NCBI GenBank assembly: GCA_963807085.1
Contig: CAWEBB010000032.1
Location: 168,451 to 232,450, forward strand
DNA from: an uncultured Alphaproteobacteria bacterium
GTDB taxonomy: Bacteria > Pseudomonadota > Alphaproteobacteria > Bin95
Direction of reading: 5' to 3'
Length of the DNA: 64,000 bases
Below, one piece after another: positions 21,643 through 31,866 of the stretch. Position numbers and translations under genes: made by a program. Within the stretch, counting starts at the first letter, position 1. Each line of letters opens with the position of its first letter. Under the pieces are notes generated by a model, which had not been told where the DNA came from, did not search any database, and saw nothing but the letters and a program-made list of their open reading frames with translations.

Positions 21643-23478
21643 CTAAGCGCCTGCGCTCCGGTTCTCCTTCACCAATGCCCGTAGCGCGTCTGCCTCCAGC
21701 GTCTCGCGCTCCAACAGGGCCTTGGCGCATCTCTCCAGGTCCGCCCGGCGCTCGCGCAGAATGCCGAGGGTCCGCTCGAAGACCTTGGCGATGATCTCCT
21801 TCACCGCCTGGTCCAGTTGCGCCGCCGTCGCTTCGCTGTAGCGGCGCTCAAAATAGGTTGCCATGCCGTTCTGGCCGAGAAACGTCGAACGATCGGCGTC
21901 ATAGCTGACCGAGCCCAGGTCGGGGTTCATGCCATAACGCGCCACCATGCTGCGCGCAATGTCCGTCGCCTTGGCCAGATCGTCGGCCGCGCCGGTCGAA
22001 AAATGGTCGAAAATCACGGATTCCGCTGCCCGGCCACCCATCAAGACGGCGATCTTGTTCTCCAGTTCCTCCTGCGTCATCAGGAACCGGTCCTCGGTCG
22101 GCCGCTGAATCGTATACCCCAATGCGCCGACGCCGCGCGGGATGATCGAGACCTTGTGCACCTCGTCCACCCCCGGCAGCGCCATGCTGACCAGCGCGTG
22201 CCCCATTTCGTGGTAGGCGACGATCTCCCGCTCCTTCGGGTTGAGCAGGCGGTTCCTTTTTTCCAGGCCGGCGATGATGCGCTCGATTGCCTGATTGAAG
22301 TCCACCATATCGACCGTGCTGCTGCGTCGCCGGGTCGCCATCAGCGCCGCCTCGTTCACCAGATTGGCCAGATCGGCGCCGCTGAAGCCGGTGGTCAGCG
22401 CCGCGATGGCTTCGGGGTCGGCGTCCTTGCCCGATGTGATCTTGCGCATATGCACGTTGAGGATCTGCACCCGCCCGGCACGATCGGGCCGGTCCACCAG
22501 GATCTGTCGGTCGAACCGCCCGGCGCGCAGCAGGGCCGGATCCAGGATTTCCGGCCGGTTGGTGGCGGAGAGCAGCACCAGCCCCTCGCTGGGGTCGAAG
22601 CCGTCCAACTCGTTCAGAAGCTGGTTCAGGGTCTGCTCACGCTCGTCGTTGCCACCGAGATGACCGGAAGCACCCCGCGCCCGGCCCAGCGCGTCCAGTT
22701 CGTCGATGAAGATGATGGCCGGCGCCTTTTGCCGGGCCTGTTGGAACAGGTCGCGCACTCTGGCCGCACCCACGCCGACGAACATTTCGACAAATTCCGA
22801 GCCGGAGATGGAGAAGAACGGCACGCCCGCTTCGCCCGCCACGGCGCGAGCCAGCAGGGTCTTGCCAGTACCTGGCGGGCCGACCAGCAGCACGCCTTTC
22901 GGCATTCGCGCGCCGAGCTTGCCGTATTCCTCAGGCGCGCGCAGGAATTCGATCAACTCGACCAGCTCTTCCTTGGCCTCGTCCACGCCGGCGACGTCTT
23001 CGAATGTCACCTTGGTGTCGGTCTCTACATAGACCTTGGCCTTGCTCTTGCCGATGGACATCAGCCCGCCGCCCAAACCGCCCATGCCGCCCGCACCGGC
23101 CATACGCCGGATGATCAGCAGCCAGAGGCCGATGAACAGAAGGGCCGGGGCGAGCCAGCCGATCAGGGTCGTGAACCAGGTATTTTCCACGGCACCGGTG
23201 TATTCAACGCCGTGCTTGCTCAGTTGGGCGGCGATGTCGTTGGCCACAAGCCGGGTGACGAACTCGGTCTTGCCGTTTTGCGGCTGCTTGAAGGTGCCGC
23301 GAGCGGTTTCGCTGCCAACCACGACGTCCTTGATCATGCCCTGGTCGAGCAGTTGTTCGAACTTGCTGTAGTTGATCGTCTCGACGCTTTGGGTTTCGAC
23401 CCACAGGTCGCGCAGCAGGACAATGCCCAACAGCGCCAGGACAAAGTACCAGAAATTGATCTGCGTGCCGCGTTCCAT
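21643..23478 (-). CDS. ftsH: ATP-dependent zinc metalloprotease FtsH
   Basis: 611 aa with an N-terminal TM segment. AAA+ Walker A '[13 protein letters not shown]' and the SRH region are present. The M41 peptidase 'HEMGHAL' (HExxH) motif is present. Confidence 0.9.
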   Translation of the reverse strand: MERGTQINFWYFVLALLGIVLLRDLWVETQSVETINYSKFEQLLDQGMIKDVVVGSETARGTFKQPQNGKTEFVTRLVANDIAAQLSKHGVEYTGAVENTWFTTLIGWLAPALLFIGLWLLIIRRMAGAGGMGGLGGGLMSIGKSKAKVYVETDTKVTFEDVAGVDEAKEELVELIEFLRAPEEYGKLGARMPKGVLLVGPPGTGKTLLARAVAGEAGVPFFSISGSEFVEMFVGVGAARVRDLFQQARQKAPAIIFIDELDALGRARGASGHLGGNDEREQTLNQLLNELDGFDPSEGLVLLSATNRPEILDPALLRAGRFDRQILVDRPDRAGRVQILNVHMRKITSGKDADPEAIAALTTGFSGADLANLVNEAALMATRRRSSTVDMVDFNQAIERIIAGLEKRNRLLNPKEREIVAYHEMGHALVSMALPGVDEVHKVSIIPRGVGALGYTIQRPTEDRFLMTQEELENKIAVLMGGRAAESVIFDHFSTGAADDLAKATDIARSMVARYGMNPDLGSVSYDADRSTFLGQNGMATYFERRYSEATAAQLDQAVKEIIAKVFERTLGILRERRADLERCAKALLERETLEADALRALVKENRSAGA

Positions 23479-23546
23479 TATGCTTTCCGTCCGCTACCGT
23501 CGCCGTGCCCCGATTGGCTCTGATCTTCGTGCACGCTGTGCCCGTG

Positions 23547-24923
23547 TCAATGAGCCGAACCGCCTAGGTGCCGCGGCAGGTCCAACCGCCCGGTGACGGC
23601 GGCCCAGAGATCGCCGCCTTTTGTGTCTGCATAGCGATAGCGGGCACGCACGACGTCCACCCCCTGCAGTTGCACCGCTTCCAGCCGCTTCGCCAGGTCG
23701 ATGGGCGTTCCGGCGACGACAATATCTGCGCCGCTGGCTTCGATCGTCGCGGCCAACGCCCGTTGTTGTGCGGGGCTGTAGCCGACGGCGGGTAGCACCG
23801 GGCCGATATGCGGGTACTGCTGAAACACTGCGCCAATATCCGGGACCGCGAAAGCGCGCGGGTTCAGGATTTCCGCGGCCCCGCCCGCGACCGCCGCGGC
23901 ATAGCCCGCGCCGGTCGGCATGCCGCCATGGGTGATGGTGGGGCCGTCCTCCACGACCAGCACGCGCTTGCCTTTGACCGCATTCGGCTTGTCTAGCACG
24001 ACGGGGGAGGCGCCGTAGATGAGCTCGGCCCCCGGGTTATAGGTCCGAACGGTATCGGTCACGGCCTGGATGGCGTCTGCTTCGGCCGCGCCCGTTTTGG
24101 CGACCACGACGATATCCGCCATGCGCAGGTTGACCTCCCCCGGCCAGTAGCGGGTTTCGTGGCCGGGGCGCAGTGCATCCACCAGCACGATGGAAAGCGT
24201 CGGGCGGATAAAGCCAAAATCGTTGTTGCCACCATCCCACAGAATCACGTCCGCTTCGGCCTCTGCCGCCTCCAGGATGCGGGCGTAGTCCGCCCCGGCA
24301 AAGATGGAGAGTCCGGCCTCGACATAGGGCTCGTACTCCTCCCGCTCTTCGATCGTGCAAGCGTGGGTGTCGAAGTCCGCGTAGGAGGCGAAGCGCTGCA
24401 CCGCCTGCCGGCCGAGGTCGCCATAGGGCATTGGGTGCCGGATCGCGGCGGCGCGGACACCTGCTTTCGCCAGGTGTTCGGCCAGATAGCGGCTGACCTG
24501 AGATTTGCCGCAGCCGGTGCGGACCGCTGTCACCGAGATGACCGGCTTTGCCGACGGCAGCATGGTGCGTTCCGGCCCCCACAGCTCGAAGTCGCAGCCG
24601 GCGGCGGCCGCGCGGGCGGCCAGGTGCATGACATGCCCGTAGGTCACGTCGCTATAGGCAAAGACGACCGCATCGCCCGAATGCTGCCGGCAAATGCTGT
24701 CCAGGTCGGCTTCGGGCAAAATAGGGACGCCGTCCGGATAGAGCGGCCCGGCGAGTGCAGCCGGATATCGGCGCGCGTCGATGCCGGGGATTTGCGTGGC
24801 GGTGAAGGCGATCACCTCGAACGAGCGGTCATCGCGGCAACAGACGTTGAAGTTGTGAAAATCCCGCCCTGCCGCGCCGGCGATGACGATACGGCGGCGT
24901 TTTCCAGACAATGGCTCAGGCAT
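23547..24923 (-). CDS. cyclic 2,3-diphosphoglycerate synthetase-like P-loop NTPase
   Basis: 459 aa from ATG 'MPEPLSGKRRR'. N-terminal 'RIVIAGAAGRDFHNFN' and a Walker-A-like 'VRTGCGKSQVS'. Family assignment is from memory of cDPGS-like bacterial homologues. Confidence 0.5.
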   Translation of the reverse strand: MPEPLSGKRRRIVIAGAAGRDFHNFNVCCRDDRSFEVIAFTATQIPGIDARRYPAALAGPLYPDGVPILPEADLDSICRQHSGDAVVFAYSDVTYGHVMHLAARAAAAGCDFELWGPERTMLPSAKPVISVTAVRTGCGKSQVSRYLAEHLAKAGVRAAAIRHPMPYGDLGRQAVQRFASYADFDTHACTIEEREEYEPYVEAGLSIFAGADYARILEAAEAEADVILWDGGNNDFGFIRPTLSIVLVDALRPGHETRYWPGEVNLRMADIVVVAKTGAAEADAIQAVTDTVRTYNPGAELIYGASPVVLDKPNAVKGKRVLVVEDGPTITHGGMPTGAGYAAAVAGGAAEILNPRAFAVPDIGAVFQQYPHIGPVLPAVGYSPAQQRALAATIEASGADIVVAGTPIDLAKRLEAVQLQGVDVVRARYRYADTKGGDLWAAVTGRLDLPRHLGGSAH

Positions 24924-25015
24924 GCGCCCTGCTCCTCGCTTCGATTCCACCCCGTATATAGGTGTACGCGCAGGCGTCCGACAGCCGTGCGCGATGAAAC
25001 GCCGTTGGAGCCGCC

Positions 25016-25921
25016 CTAAAACAGATCCGCCACCGCCTCGTGATAGTGGATCATGGCAGCCAAGTGGGCGGCGACCGTCCGGCCCTCGATGCGGGTAAAG
25101 CCGCTGCGGCTGAAGGCGTTGTGCAACGTGAAATGGGTGACGCCCGCATCCTGCCAAAACCCGACGGTCTTGCGCCAATCCTCGGGCCTTCCTGCGCCCG
25201 CCGAAAGCCGAACCGAAAGGCCGGGCTCGCCGCTGCGGCCTTCCTTCGTCCAGGCCGCACGCAACGTGTCGAAGTCGCGGAGGGCATCGTCGCCCGGCCC
25301 ATGCTTCAGGTACATCCAGCCGTCGCCATAACGGGCCAGCCGTCGGATCGTGGCCGGCGCGTGGCCGCCGAACCAGAGCGGCACCTTGCCGGATGGCGGG
25401 CGCGGATTGATGCCGGCGTCGTCGATCTCGTGCCATTGCCCCTTGAAGCGGACATGGTCGTCGGCCCAGAGCGCCTGCATCACCTGCACCTGCTCCTCCG
25501 AGCGCTTGCCGCGATTGGCGAAGTCCATACCCAGGCCGGTAAACTCCACCGGGTTCCAGCCGATGCCGACGCCAAAACGGAAGCGTTCGCCGCAGAGCGT
25601 GGCAAGCGAAGCCGCCTGTTTCGCCACCAGCACCGCCTGGCGCTGGGCTAGGATCATGACCTCGGTCGAAAAGCCCATCGTGGGGCAGAGGCCTGCGAGA
25701 AACCCGAACAGCACGAAGGCATCGACATAGGTGTCTTCGGACGTGTTCCAGTTGCCCCAGTCCGGGCGGCTGGCGGCATTCACGCCGAGCACATGATCCG
25801 GGCAGGCGAGGTAGGAAAAACCAAGCCCCTCTGCCGTCTGGCCGATGGTTTTCACGGCGACCGGGTCGCCGCCCGTGTCGGCGATGGGCAGGGCAAAGCC
25901 GAGTTGCGGTTTGGTGGGCAT
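25016..25921 (-). CDS. LLM-class flavin-dependent oxidoreductase (luciferase-like; short, F420-type architecture)
   Basis: 301 aa TIM-barrel LLM fold ('GFALPIADTGGDPVAVKTIGQTAEGLGFSYLACPDHV') without the long insertion seen in many FMN-dependent LLMs. Confidence 0.65.
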   Translation of the reverse strand: MPTKPQLGFALPIADTGGDPVAVKTIGQTAEGLGFSYLACPDHVLGVNAASRPDWGNWNTSEDTYVDAFVLFGFLAGLCPTMGFSTEVMILAQRQAVLVAKQAASLATLCGERFRFGVGIGWNPVEFTGLGMDFANRGKRSEEQVQVMQALWADDHVRFKGQWHEIDDAGINPRPPSGKVPLWFGGHAPATIRRLARYGDGWMYLKHGPGDDALRDFDTLRAAWTKEGRSGEPGLSVRLSAGAGRPEDWRKTVGFWQDAGVTHFTLHNAFSRSGFTRIEGRTVAAHLAAMIHYHEAVADLF

Positions 25922-26135
25922 GTGCGGCTCCTGACTTGGGGTGGTGAAATTAGGGCAAGCGTCGCGAGACCCGGGGCTGCATGGGAAACCTACTCTGCCA
26001 GGCGACCATCCCGCGTCCGGTCCATGCAGTATCCCCGTTCGGTAAAATGTAGCATGGCGAGCAACAGGGGGCTTGCCAAGCGAAGCTGGATGATTATGTT
26101 GCGGGTTGCCTGAAGCGCTGCGGCGCGCAGGGAAA

Positions 26136-26210
26136 GCGGGAGTAGCTCAGTGGTAGAGCATCACGTTGCCAACGTGAGGGTCGAGGGTTCGAACCCCTTC
26201 TCCCGCTCCA
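26136..26210 (+). tRNA. tRNA-Gly (anticodon GCC), CCA encoded
   Basis: Acceptor stem is GCGGGAG/CTCCCGC and D-arm is TAGCTCAGTGGTAGAGC. Anticodon stem-loop is TCACG-TTGCCAA-CGTGA, and the T-loop is GGTTCGAACCC. Confidence 0.8.
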
Positions 26211-26316
26211 AATTCCGGCGTTACACATTTCCCTGAATTTCTACTTTCACCGGGTTCTTGCGCGAGATGAAATGCGCGCGCTACTCTGGCATACCTTACC
26301 CGCAGGAAAACAAGCG

Positions 26317-27123
26317 ATGGCTGGCAATCGATTTTTTTCACTCCTGATCGGTTTTCTTGCTCTGTTGTTGCCGTTCGCGGCAATTGCACAGGATGGCTCG
26401 AGTCAAGAACTGGCCAAGAAACTGGCCAACCCCATCGCCAGCCTGATCAGCCTGCCGTTCCAATTCAATTATGACGGCGGCTATGGCCCGCAAGATGGGG
26501 ACAAGGCGTTCGTTAATATTCAGCCGGTGATTCCGTTTTCGATCTCGGAAGACTGGAATATTATCTCCCGCACCATCCTGCCGGTCGCCTGGCAGGACGA
26601 TGTGGTGCCGGGGACGGACCAATTTGGGCTGGGCGATACGGTGCAAAGTCTGTTTTTCTCGCCGAAAGTACCGGGTCCTTATGGCCTGATATGGGGCATC
26701 GGGCCGGTAGGGTTGATTCCCACGGCGACCGAATCGGCGCTGGGCAGCGGCAAATGGGGCGCCGGTCCGACCGGCGTCGTGCTGCGCCAGGACGGACCCT
26801 GGACCTATGGCATGCTGGCAAACCACATCTGGTCATTCGCCGGCGACGGCAGCCGGACCGACGTCAACTCTACCTTTCTTCAGCCGTTCCTCAACTACAC
26901 AACCAAATCCGCGACTTCCTTCTATTTGAATACCGAAACTACCTACGACTGGAATGCGGAGCGCGCCTCCGTGCCCGTCAATGCGGGGGTGAACCAGTTG
27001 CTGAAGCTCGGTAATCAGCCGATTCAGATCGGCGGCGGCCTCCGTTATTGGGTCGAGGGCCCGTCCACGGGTCCGGAGGGGCTGGGTGTCCGGGTCAATT
27101 TGGTGTTTCTTTTCCCCAAGTAG
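26317..27123 (+). CDS. outer-membrane beta-barrel protein (MetA-pathway / phenol-degradation-like transporter family)
   Basis: Signal peptide 'MAGNRFFSLLIGFLALLLPFAAIAQ' and alternating amphipathic beta-strands. It ends in an aromatic residue ('...LVFLFPK'). Confidence 0.5.
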   Translation: MAGNRFFSLLIGFLALLLPFAAIAQDGSSQELAKKLANPIASLISLPFQFNYDGGYGPQDGDKAFVNIQPVIPFSISEDWNIISRTILPVAWQDDVVPGTDQFGLGDTVQSLFFSPKVPGPYGLIWGIGPVGLIPTATESALGSGKWGAGPTGVVLRQDGPWTYGMLANHIWSFAGDGSRTDVNSTFLQPFLNYTTKSATSFYLNTETTYDWNAERASVPVNAGVNQLLKLGNQPIQIGGGLRYWVEGPSTGPEGLGVRVNLVFLFPK

Positions 27124-27228
27124 CGATGCGCCGCGACTCGCTCGCCAAAGGGCGCTGCAGCCGCTAGGATCAAGCCCCATCTATAAGCCGATCATCGCCG
27201 GGCGGTTTCGGTAACGGGAGGTAACCGC

Positions 27229-28113
27229 ATGAGCTTATCCTTCACCCCTTTGCATCCGCTATTCGTCGCGGAAGCCAGTGCCGTTTCGCTCCGCGATACG
27301 CACGATGACCAGACGCTTCAAGAGATCCGGGGCGGGATGGACAGGTACGGGGTGCTGGTGTTCCGCGATCAGCAGTTCACGGATGAGGAGGAGGTAGCCT
27401 TCGCCCGGCGGCTCGATGGCAAGCTGCACACGAAGACCGGCGCCGCCGCCCTGGGCAAGAGCCGCCTGGGGACGGAAGCGATTGGCGATATCTCCAATGT
27501 TGGCAAGGAAGGGGAAATCCGGCGGCAAGACGACCGCTCGCGGCTGTATGGACTCGGCAACCGGCTTTGGCACACGGATGCCTCTTTCCAGGACCCGGCC
27601 GGCCGCTATTCCATGCTGCACGCCCGTGTGTTGCCGCCGGTGGGCGCCGATACGCTGTTCGCCGACATGCGCGCCGCCTTTGATGCGCTGGACGACGAGG
27701 CGAAGGCCCGGCTCGAAGGGCTGACCTGTCACCATTCCATCGCCCATTCCCGCAAGACCCTGGGCTTTGAGTTCTCCGACGAGGAGATGGAGAAGCTGAA
27801 GGGGGCTTATCATCCGCTGGTGCGGACCCTGCCGCGCTCGGGCCGGAAGTCGCTCTATCTGGCCTCCCATGCTGCCCAGGTGATGGAGATGCCCCTGCCG
27901 GAAGGCAGGCTGTTGCTGTGGGAGCTCATGCAGCACGCGACTCAGCCCCAGTTTGTCTATAGCCACGCATGGAAGGACGGCGATCTGGTGATCTGGGACA
28001 ACCGCGCGACCATGCATCGGGCGACCCGCTTTGATGACATGAAACACCGGCGGGAGCTTCGCCGGGTGACGACGCTGGATGTGGAACAATTCCCGGCCGC
28101 GAGCGTTCCTTGA
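27229..28113 (+). CDS. TauD/TfdA family Fe(II)/2-oxoglutarate-dependent dioxygenase
   Basis: 'LWHTDASFQDPAGRYSMLHAR' and 'WDNRATMHRAT' carry the His-x-Asp ... His iron-ligand motifs of the TfdA family. Confidence 0.75.
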   Translation: MSLSFTPLHPLFVAEASAVSLRDTHDDQTLQEIRGGMDRYGVLVFRDQQFTDEEEVAFARRLDGKLHTKTGAAALGKSRLGTEAIGDISNVGKEGEIRRQDDRSRLYGLGNRLWHTDASFQDPAGRYSMLHARVLPPVGADTLFADMRAAFDALDDEAKARLEGLTCHHSIAHSRKTLGFEFSDEEMEKLKGAYHPLVRTLPRSGRKSLYLASHAAQVMEMPLPEGRLLLWELMQHATQPQFVYSHAWKDGDLVIWDNRATMHRATRFDDMKHRRELRRVTTLDVEQFPAASVP

Positions 28114-28141
28114 ACGCCGTTGGTTTCAAGGAGAGTAGGGC

Positions 28142-28306
28142 GTGAGTGAAGTTCTGAAGATCGTGATTGCGATATTGTTGCCGCCGCTCGGGGTATTCCT
28201 TCAGGTAGGCATCGGCGGGCATTTCTGGCTGAATATTCTGCTGACGATTTTAGGCTATATCCCGGGGATCATCCACGCGATTTGGGTGATTGCGAAGAAC
28301 AAGTAG
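28142..28306 (+). CDS. YqaE/Pmp3 family small membrane protein (54 aa; not in the ORF track)
   Basis: GTG start. 'IAILLPPLGVFLQVG...NILLTILGYIPGIIHAIWVI' closely matches E. coli YqaE ('ILPPLGVLL...LLTLLGYIPGLIHAFWV'). Confidence 0.6.
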   Translation: MSEVLKIVIAILLPPLGVFLQVGIGGHFWLNILLTILGYIPGIIHAIWVIAKNK

Positions 28307-28685
28307 CCCGAACGTGCCCTCCGCCTCTGCCGCTCGGGATGCGTTGGCACTCCTGGATGGCGTCGCATCGCTTATGGATGATCGCTTTCGTATTCCGGGC
28401 ACGGGTGTCCGGTTCGGCTTCGACCCTATAATCGGCCTGGTGCCGGGCGCGGGCGATACCGTTACCGCTGCCATTGGCGTTTATACGCTGGCTCAAGTTC
28501 GGAAAGCGGGCCTGCCTATGTCGGTGCTGGCGCGGATGGCGGGAAATTTGGCTATCGACTGGCTGGTTGGCATGGTGCCGATACTGGGCGATCTGTTCGA
28601 TGTGGGCTTTAAGGCTCACCGGCGGAATGCTGCCTTGCTGCGCCGGCATCTGGAACGGTCCGAAGGGTCCGGCCGTTCAAACTAA
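28290..28685 (+). CDS. DUF4112 domain protein
   Basis: 'DRFRIPGTGVRFGFDPIIGLVPGAGD' is the DUF4112 core. The start is uncertain; GTG at 28317 is an alternative. Confidence 0.5.
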   Translation: MRRTSSPNVPSASAARDALALLDGVASLMDDRFRIPGTGVRFGFDPIIGLVPGAGDTVTAAIGVYTLAQVRKAGLPMSVLARMAGNLAIDWLVGMVPILGDLFDVGFKAHRRNAALLRRHLERSEGSGRSN

Positions 28686-29584
28686 TCCTCGCCCGCCATC
28701 GCCGCCGGCGCGGGGCGGAGCAAGCTGGGGTCGAGCGCACCCAATTCCTGCACGATGGCGGCAAGCGCCTGGGGAACGAGCCCGTGCGCCGGATGGAGTG
28801 CGCGCGATTGCTCGTTCATATAAAGCGGCCGGGAAAATTCCAACTGCAAGGCATGGAAGCCGCGGGCTGGCGCGCCATAATGTTGAGTTATGAAACCGCC
28901 CGCATAGGGATAGTTCCGGGCCACGCTCAAGCCCAACGATTGGCCGGCACGGGTTGCTGTCTGCGGAATGGCGGTCGCACAGGCACGGCCAAAGCTGTCG
29001 CCCAGCACCAGGTCCGGCAGGCGCTCTCCCGGCAGTTGTGGCATCGAATGCAGATCCAATAGTAGTGCGTAGCCAAAGCGCGCCCGGCAGGCCTGCATCA
29101 GATGTTTCAGCGTGCGATGATAGGGACGGTAGCCGGCCAGCCAGCGCTGCACGCCGTGTTCGAACTTCAGGCGGCGGCGGTTGACCGGCACCCTGGGCGG
29201 CAGATAGCGCGGGAACGTGCCGAGGCCGGCGCGTACCCGTCCGGAATCGCTCACCAGTCCCTTGGGAAGCCGCTCGGAAAACATGGCCTGGTCCCACTCC
29301 GTGGGCATCCGATTGATGTCCACATAGGCGCGCCCGTAGTGGGCGATAACCACCGGAATTCCCATAGCAGAGACATCGGGTAGCAACCGGTCCAACAGCG
29401 GATCTTCAAGCCCGCTCATATCGGCGCCACGGGCGGCCTGGTGCCAGAAATCCGACGGATAGTCGCGGCCGCTATGCGGTACCGAAAGCACGGCAGGCAA
29501 CCTCCATTCTTGCGGCCAAAGGACCGAGAGCGGGGCGGGATCGGGTTGGGGAGCAGAAGCGGCCATGCGCGAAGTATGCATCAC
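28682..29584 (-). CDS. N-formylglutamate amidohydrolase family protein
   Basis: 'LSVPHSGRDYP' and 'HYGRAYVDINR' match the FGase (HutG-like) family. Confidence 0.6.
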   Translation of the reverse strand: MMHTSRMAASAPQPDPAPLSVLWPQEWRLPAVLSVPHSGRDYPSDFWHQAARGADMSGLEDPLLDRLLPDVSAMGIPVVIAHYGRAYVDINRMPTEWDQAMFSERLPKGLVSDSGRVRAGLGTFPRYLPPRVPVNRRRLKFEHGVQRWLAGYRPYHRTLKHLMQACRARFGYALLLDLHSMPQLPGERLPDLVLGDSFGRACATAIPQTATRAGQSLGLSVARNYPYAGGFITQHYGAPARGFHALQLEFSRPLYMNEQSRALHPAHGLVPQALAAIVQELGALDPSLLRPAPAAMAGED

Positions 29585-29620
29585 GGCCGCTGAAAGGTCG
29601 CGTCTTTAACGGCGCAGCTT

Positions 29621-29848
29621 TTAACGCTTGAGACCAAACGCCTGGAATCTTTTGTTGAAGCGGGCGATCTGGCCGCCGGTATCCAACAGGCGCTGTCCGC
29701 CGCCGGTCCAGGCAGGATGCACCAGCGGATCGATGTCCAGGCGCAGCGTATCGCCCTCCTTGCCATAGGTGGAGCGGGTCTTGAATTCCGTGCCGTCGGT
29801 CATGATCACGGTGATTTCGTGGTAGTCGGGATGAATGTCGGCTTTCAT
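29621..29848 (-). CDS. rpmE: 50S ribosomal protein L31
   Basis: '[27 protein letters not shown]' is canonical L31. Confidence 0.85.
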   Translation of the reverse strand: MKADIHPDYHEITVIMTDGTEFKTRSTYGKEGDTLRLDIDPLVHPAWTGGGQRLLDTGGQIARFNKRFQAFGLKR

Positions 29849-29918
29849 GGCGGCCCTCTCGTCTCGGCCCAGAACTCGGAACGCGCTATTTAAGGGACTG
29901 CGCGGCGCGGGGCAAGCC

Positions 29919-31763
29919 CTACCGCCGGAGCGCGGCCAATTGCTCCTGATAGTTGGCGGCGATGACGTGCCGCCGGATCTTCATGGAGGGGGTTAGCATC
30001 TCGTTTTCGATGCTGAAGGGCTTGGCGACGAGCGCGACGCGGCGCACACGTTCAGACTTGCTCAGGCGTCGGTTTACCCGCTCGACCACGCTCTCTATGT
30101 GCGCCCGGAAATCGGCGTCGTCGCTCAGGCTGGCAAGGTGGGCGGGCTTGCCGTTCGCCTTCGCCCATGCCGCCGCCGCTGCTGCATCGGGCACGAGCAC
30201 GGCGATCAAATATGGCTGCTGGTCGCCCACCACCATCGCCTGTCCGATCTCCGCCTCCAGTTGCAGGAAGCCCTCCACCCGCTGTGGCGAAAGCGTGTCG
30301 CCGCCCGAGAGCACGATGATGTCTTTTTTGCGGTCGGTAATCCGGATATAGCCATCGGCGTCGATCTCGCCCACGTCGCCGGTATGCACCCAACCGTCCC
30401 GAAGTGTCGCGGCCGTCGCCTCCGGGTCGTTCCAGTAGCCGAGCATGGTGAGTTCGCCCCGCACCAAAATTTCGCCGTCGCCGGCGATCTTGACTTCGAC
30501 GCCGGGAAAGGCAGGGCCGACCGTATCCAGCTTGATCTTGTGGGCGCGGTTGCAGGAAACGATCGGCGCTGTCTCTGTCTGGCCATAGCCTTGCAACAGG
30601 CGCAGACCCAGCGCGGTAAAGAACAGCCCGACTTCATAGTTCAGCGGCGCGCCACCCGAGATCAGAGCCTTGATGCGCCCGCCAAAGCGTTCGCGCACCT
30701 TGGCGCGCACCAGCCGGTCCAGAACCTTGTCCAGCAGATTGTGCGGAAACGGCAAACCGCCGTCGCGGTACCTGCGTTGACCGAGCGCCACCGTCTTCCA
30801 GAACAGCTTTTGCCGCAGTTTCGGCTGGTTGCGCAGGCCGAGAATGATCCGTGCGTGCAGTGTCTCATGAAGCCGCGGCACGGCGGTCATGATGGTCGGT
30901 TTTGCCTCCCCCATATTACGCGCCAGCGCCTCCACGCCTTCTGCATAGTAAATTTGCGCTCCGATGGAGAGCGGAAAGAACTGCCCCGCGGTATGTTCGT
31001 AGGAGTGGCTTAGCGGCAGAAAGGACAGAAATACTTCGTCCTTGGGCGGTGCATCGTCCAACTCGTAGAGCAGATCGTACGCACCCATGATGTTACAGAG
31101 AATGGCGCCGTGGCTGAGCATCACGCCCTTCGGCACGCCGCCCGTGCCAGACGTATAAATGAGGCAGGCCAACTCGCCACGTTCCGCCACATGCAGGGGC
31201 CCCGGTTCAACATCGCCCCGTAGCACGCGGCCTTCGGTCAATAGCGACCCCCAGGTTTGCACCGGTTTTCCCGGATGATCAGGTGGGTGGCTATCCATGA
31301 GGATCAGCCGCTCAACGCTGTCGACTTGGATGGCCGCTGGTAAGACGCGCGCTAGCAGGGCCGGAGTGGAGACGATGACGAAACGCGCGCCGCTGTCCTC
31401 CAGGATATGAATGTGATCATCCACCATGTTGGTGGTATAGGTCGGCACGGTGACGCCACCCGCGGCCATGATGCCGACATCGGCCACCAGCCATTCCGGG
31501 CGGCTCTCCGCCACCAGGCAGACCCGGTCCCCCGGCGCCAGGCCCAGATCGCGGAGGCCGTAGGCGCAATCGGCGATTAAGCCGGCCGTATCTGCGAACG
31601 AATGGCTACGATAGGCGCCATTCCGTTTCGACCAGAGAAACGGCGCTTCATTCCATCGTTCCATCACCTCGAACGCCATGGCGGGCAGCGACGGCCAGCG
31701 CAGATAGGTGGCCACGGCCGCACGACGTGTCGGGTCAGCGATGGACTGGAGCGGATCGTGCAA
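29919..31763 (-). CDS. long-chain fatty acid-CoA ligase (AMP-dependent synthetase)
   Basis: AMP-binding motif '[18 protein letters not shown]' and the full ANL fold. An internal ATG at 31679 ('MAFEVMERW') is an alternative start. Confidence 0.8.
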   Translation of the reverse strand: MHDPLQSIADPTRRAAVATYLRWPSLPAMAFEVMERWNEAPFLWSKRNGAYRSHSFADTAGLIADCAYGLRDLGLAPGDRVCLVAESRPEWLVADVGIMAAGGVTVPTYTTNMVDDHIHILEDSGARFVIVSTPALLARVLPAAIQVDSVERLILMDSHPPDHPGKPVQTWGSLLTEGRVLRGDVEPGPLHVAERGELACLIYTSGTGGVPKGVMLSHGAILCNIMGAYDLLYELDDAPPKDEVFLSFLPLSHSYEHTAGQFFPLSIGAQIYYAEGVEALARNMGEAKPTIMTAVPRLHETLHARIILGLRNQPKLRQKLFWKTVALGQRRYRDGGLPFPHNLLDKVLDRLVRAKVRERFGGRIKALISGGAPLNYEVGLFFTALGLRLLQGYGQTETAPIVSCNRAHKIKLDTVGPAFPGVEVKIAGDGEILVRGELTMLGYWNDPEATAATLRDGWVHTGDVGEIDADGYIRITDRKKDIIVLSGGDTLSPQRVEGFLQLEAEIGQAMVVGDQQPYLIAVLVPDAAAAAAWAKANGKPAHLASLSDDADFRAHIESVVERVNRRLSKSERVRRVALVAKPFSIENEMLTPSMKIRRHVIAANYQEQLAALRR

Positions 31764-31866
31764 AGCCGTGGTTCCCTGTGACGCCGTTCCCTGTGACCCT
31801 CAGGCGGGTTGGTCTCAATGGAATGGCTTCTTATATCGGCGGTGAACCTTTTGGAGTAAAGTCCCT

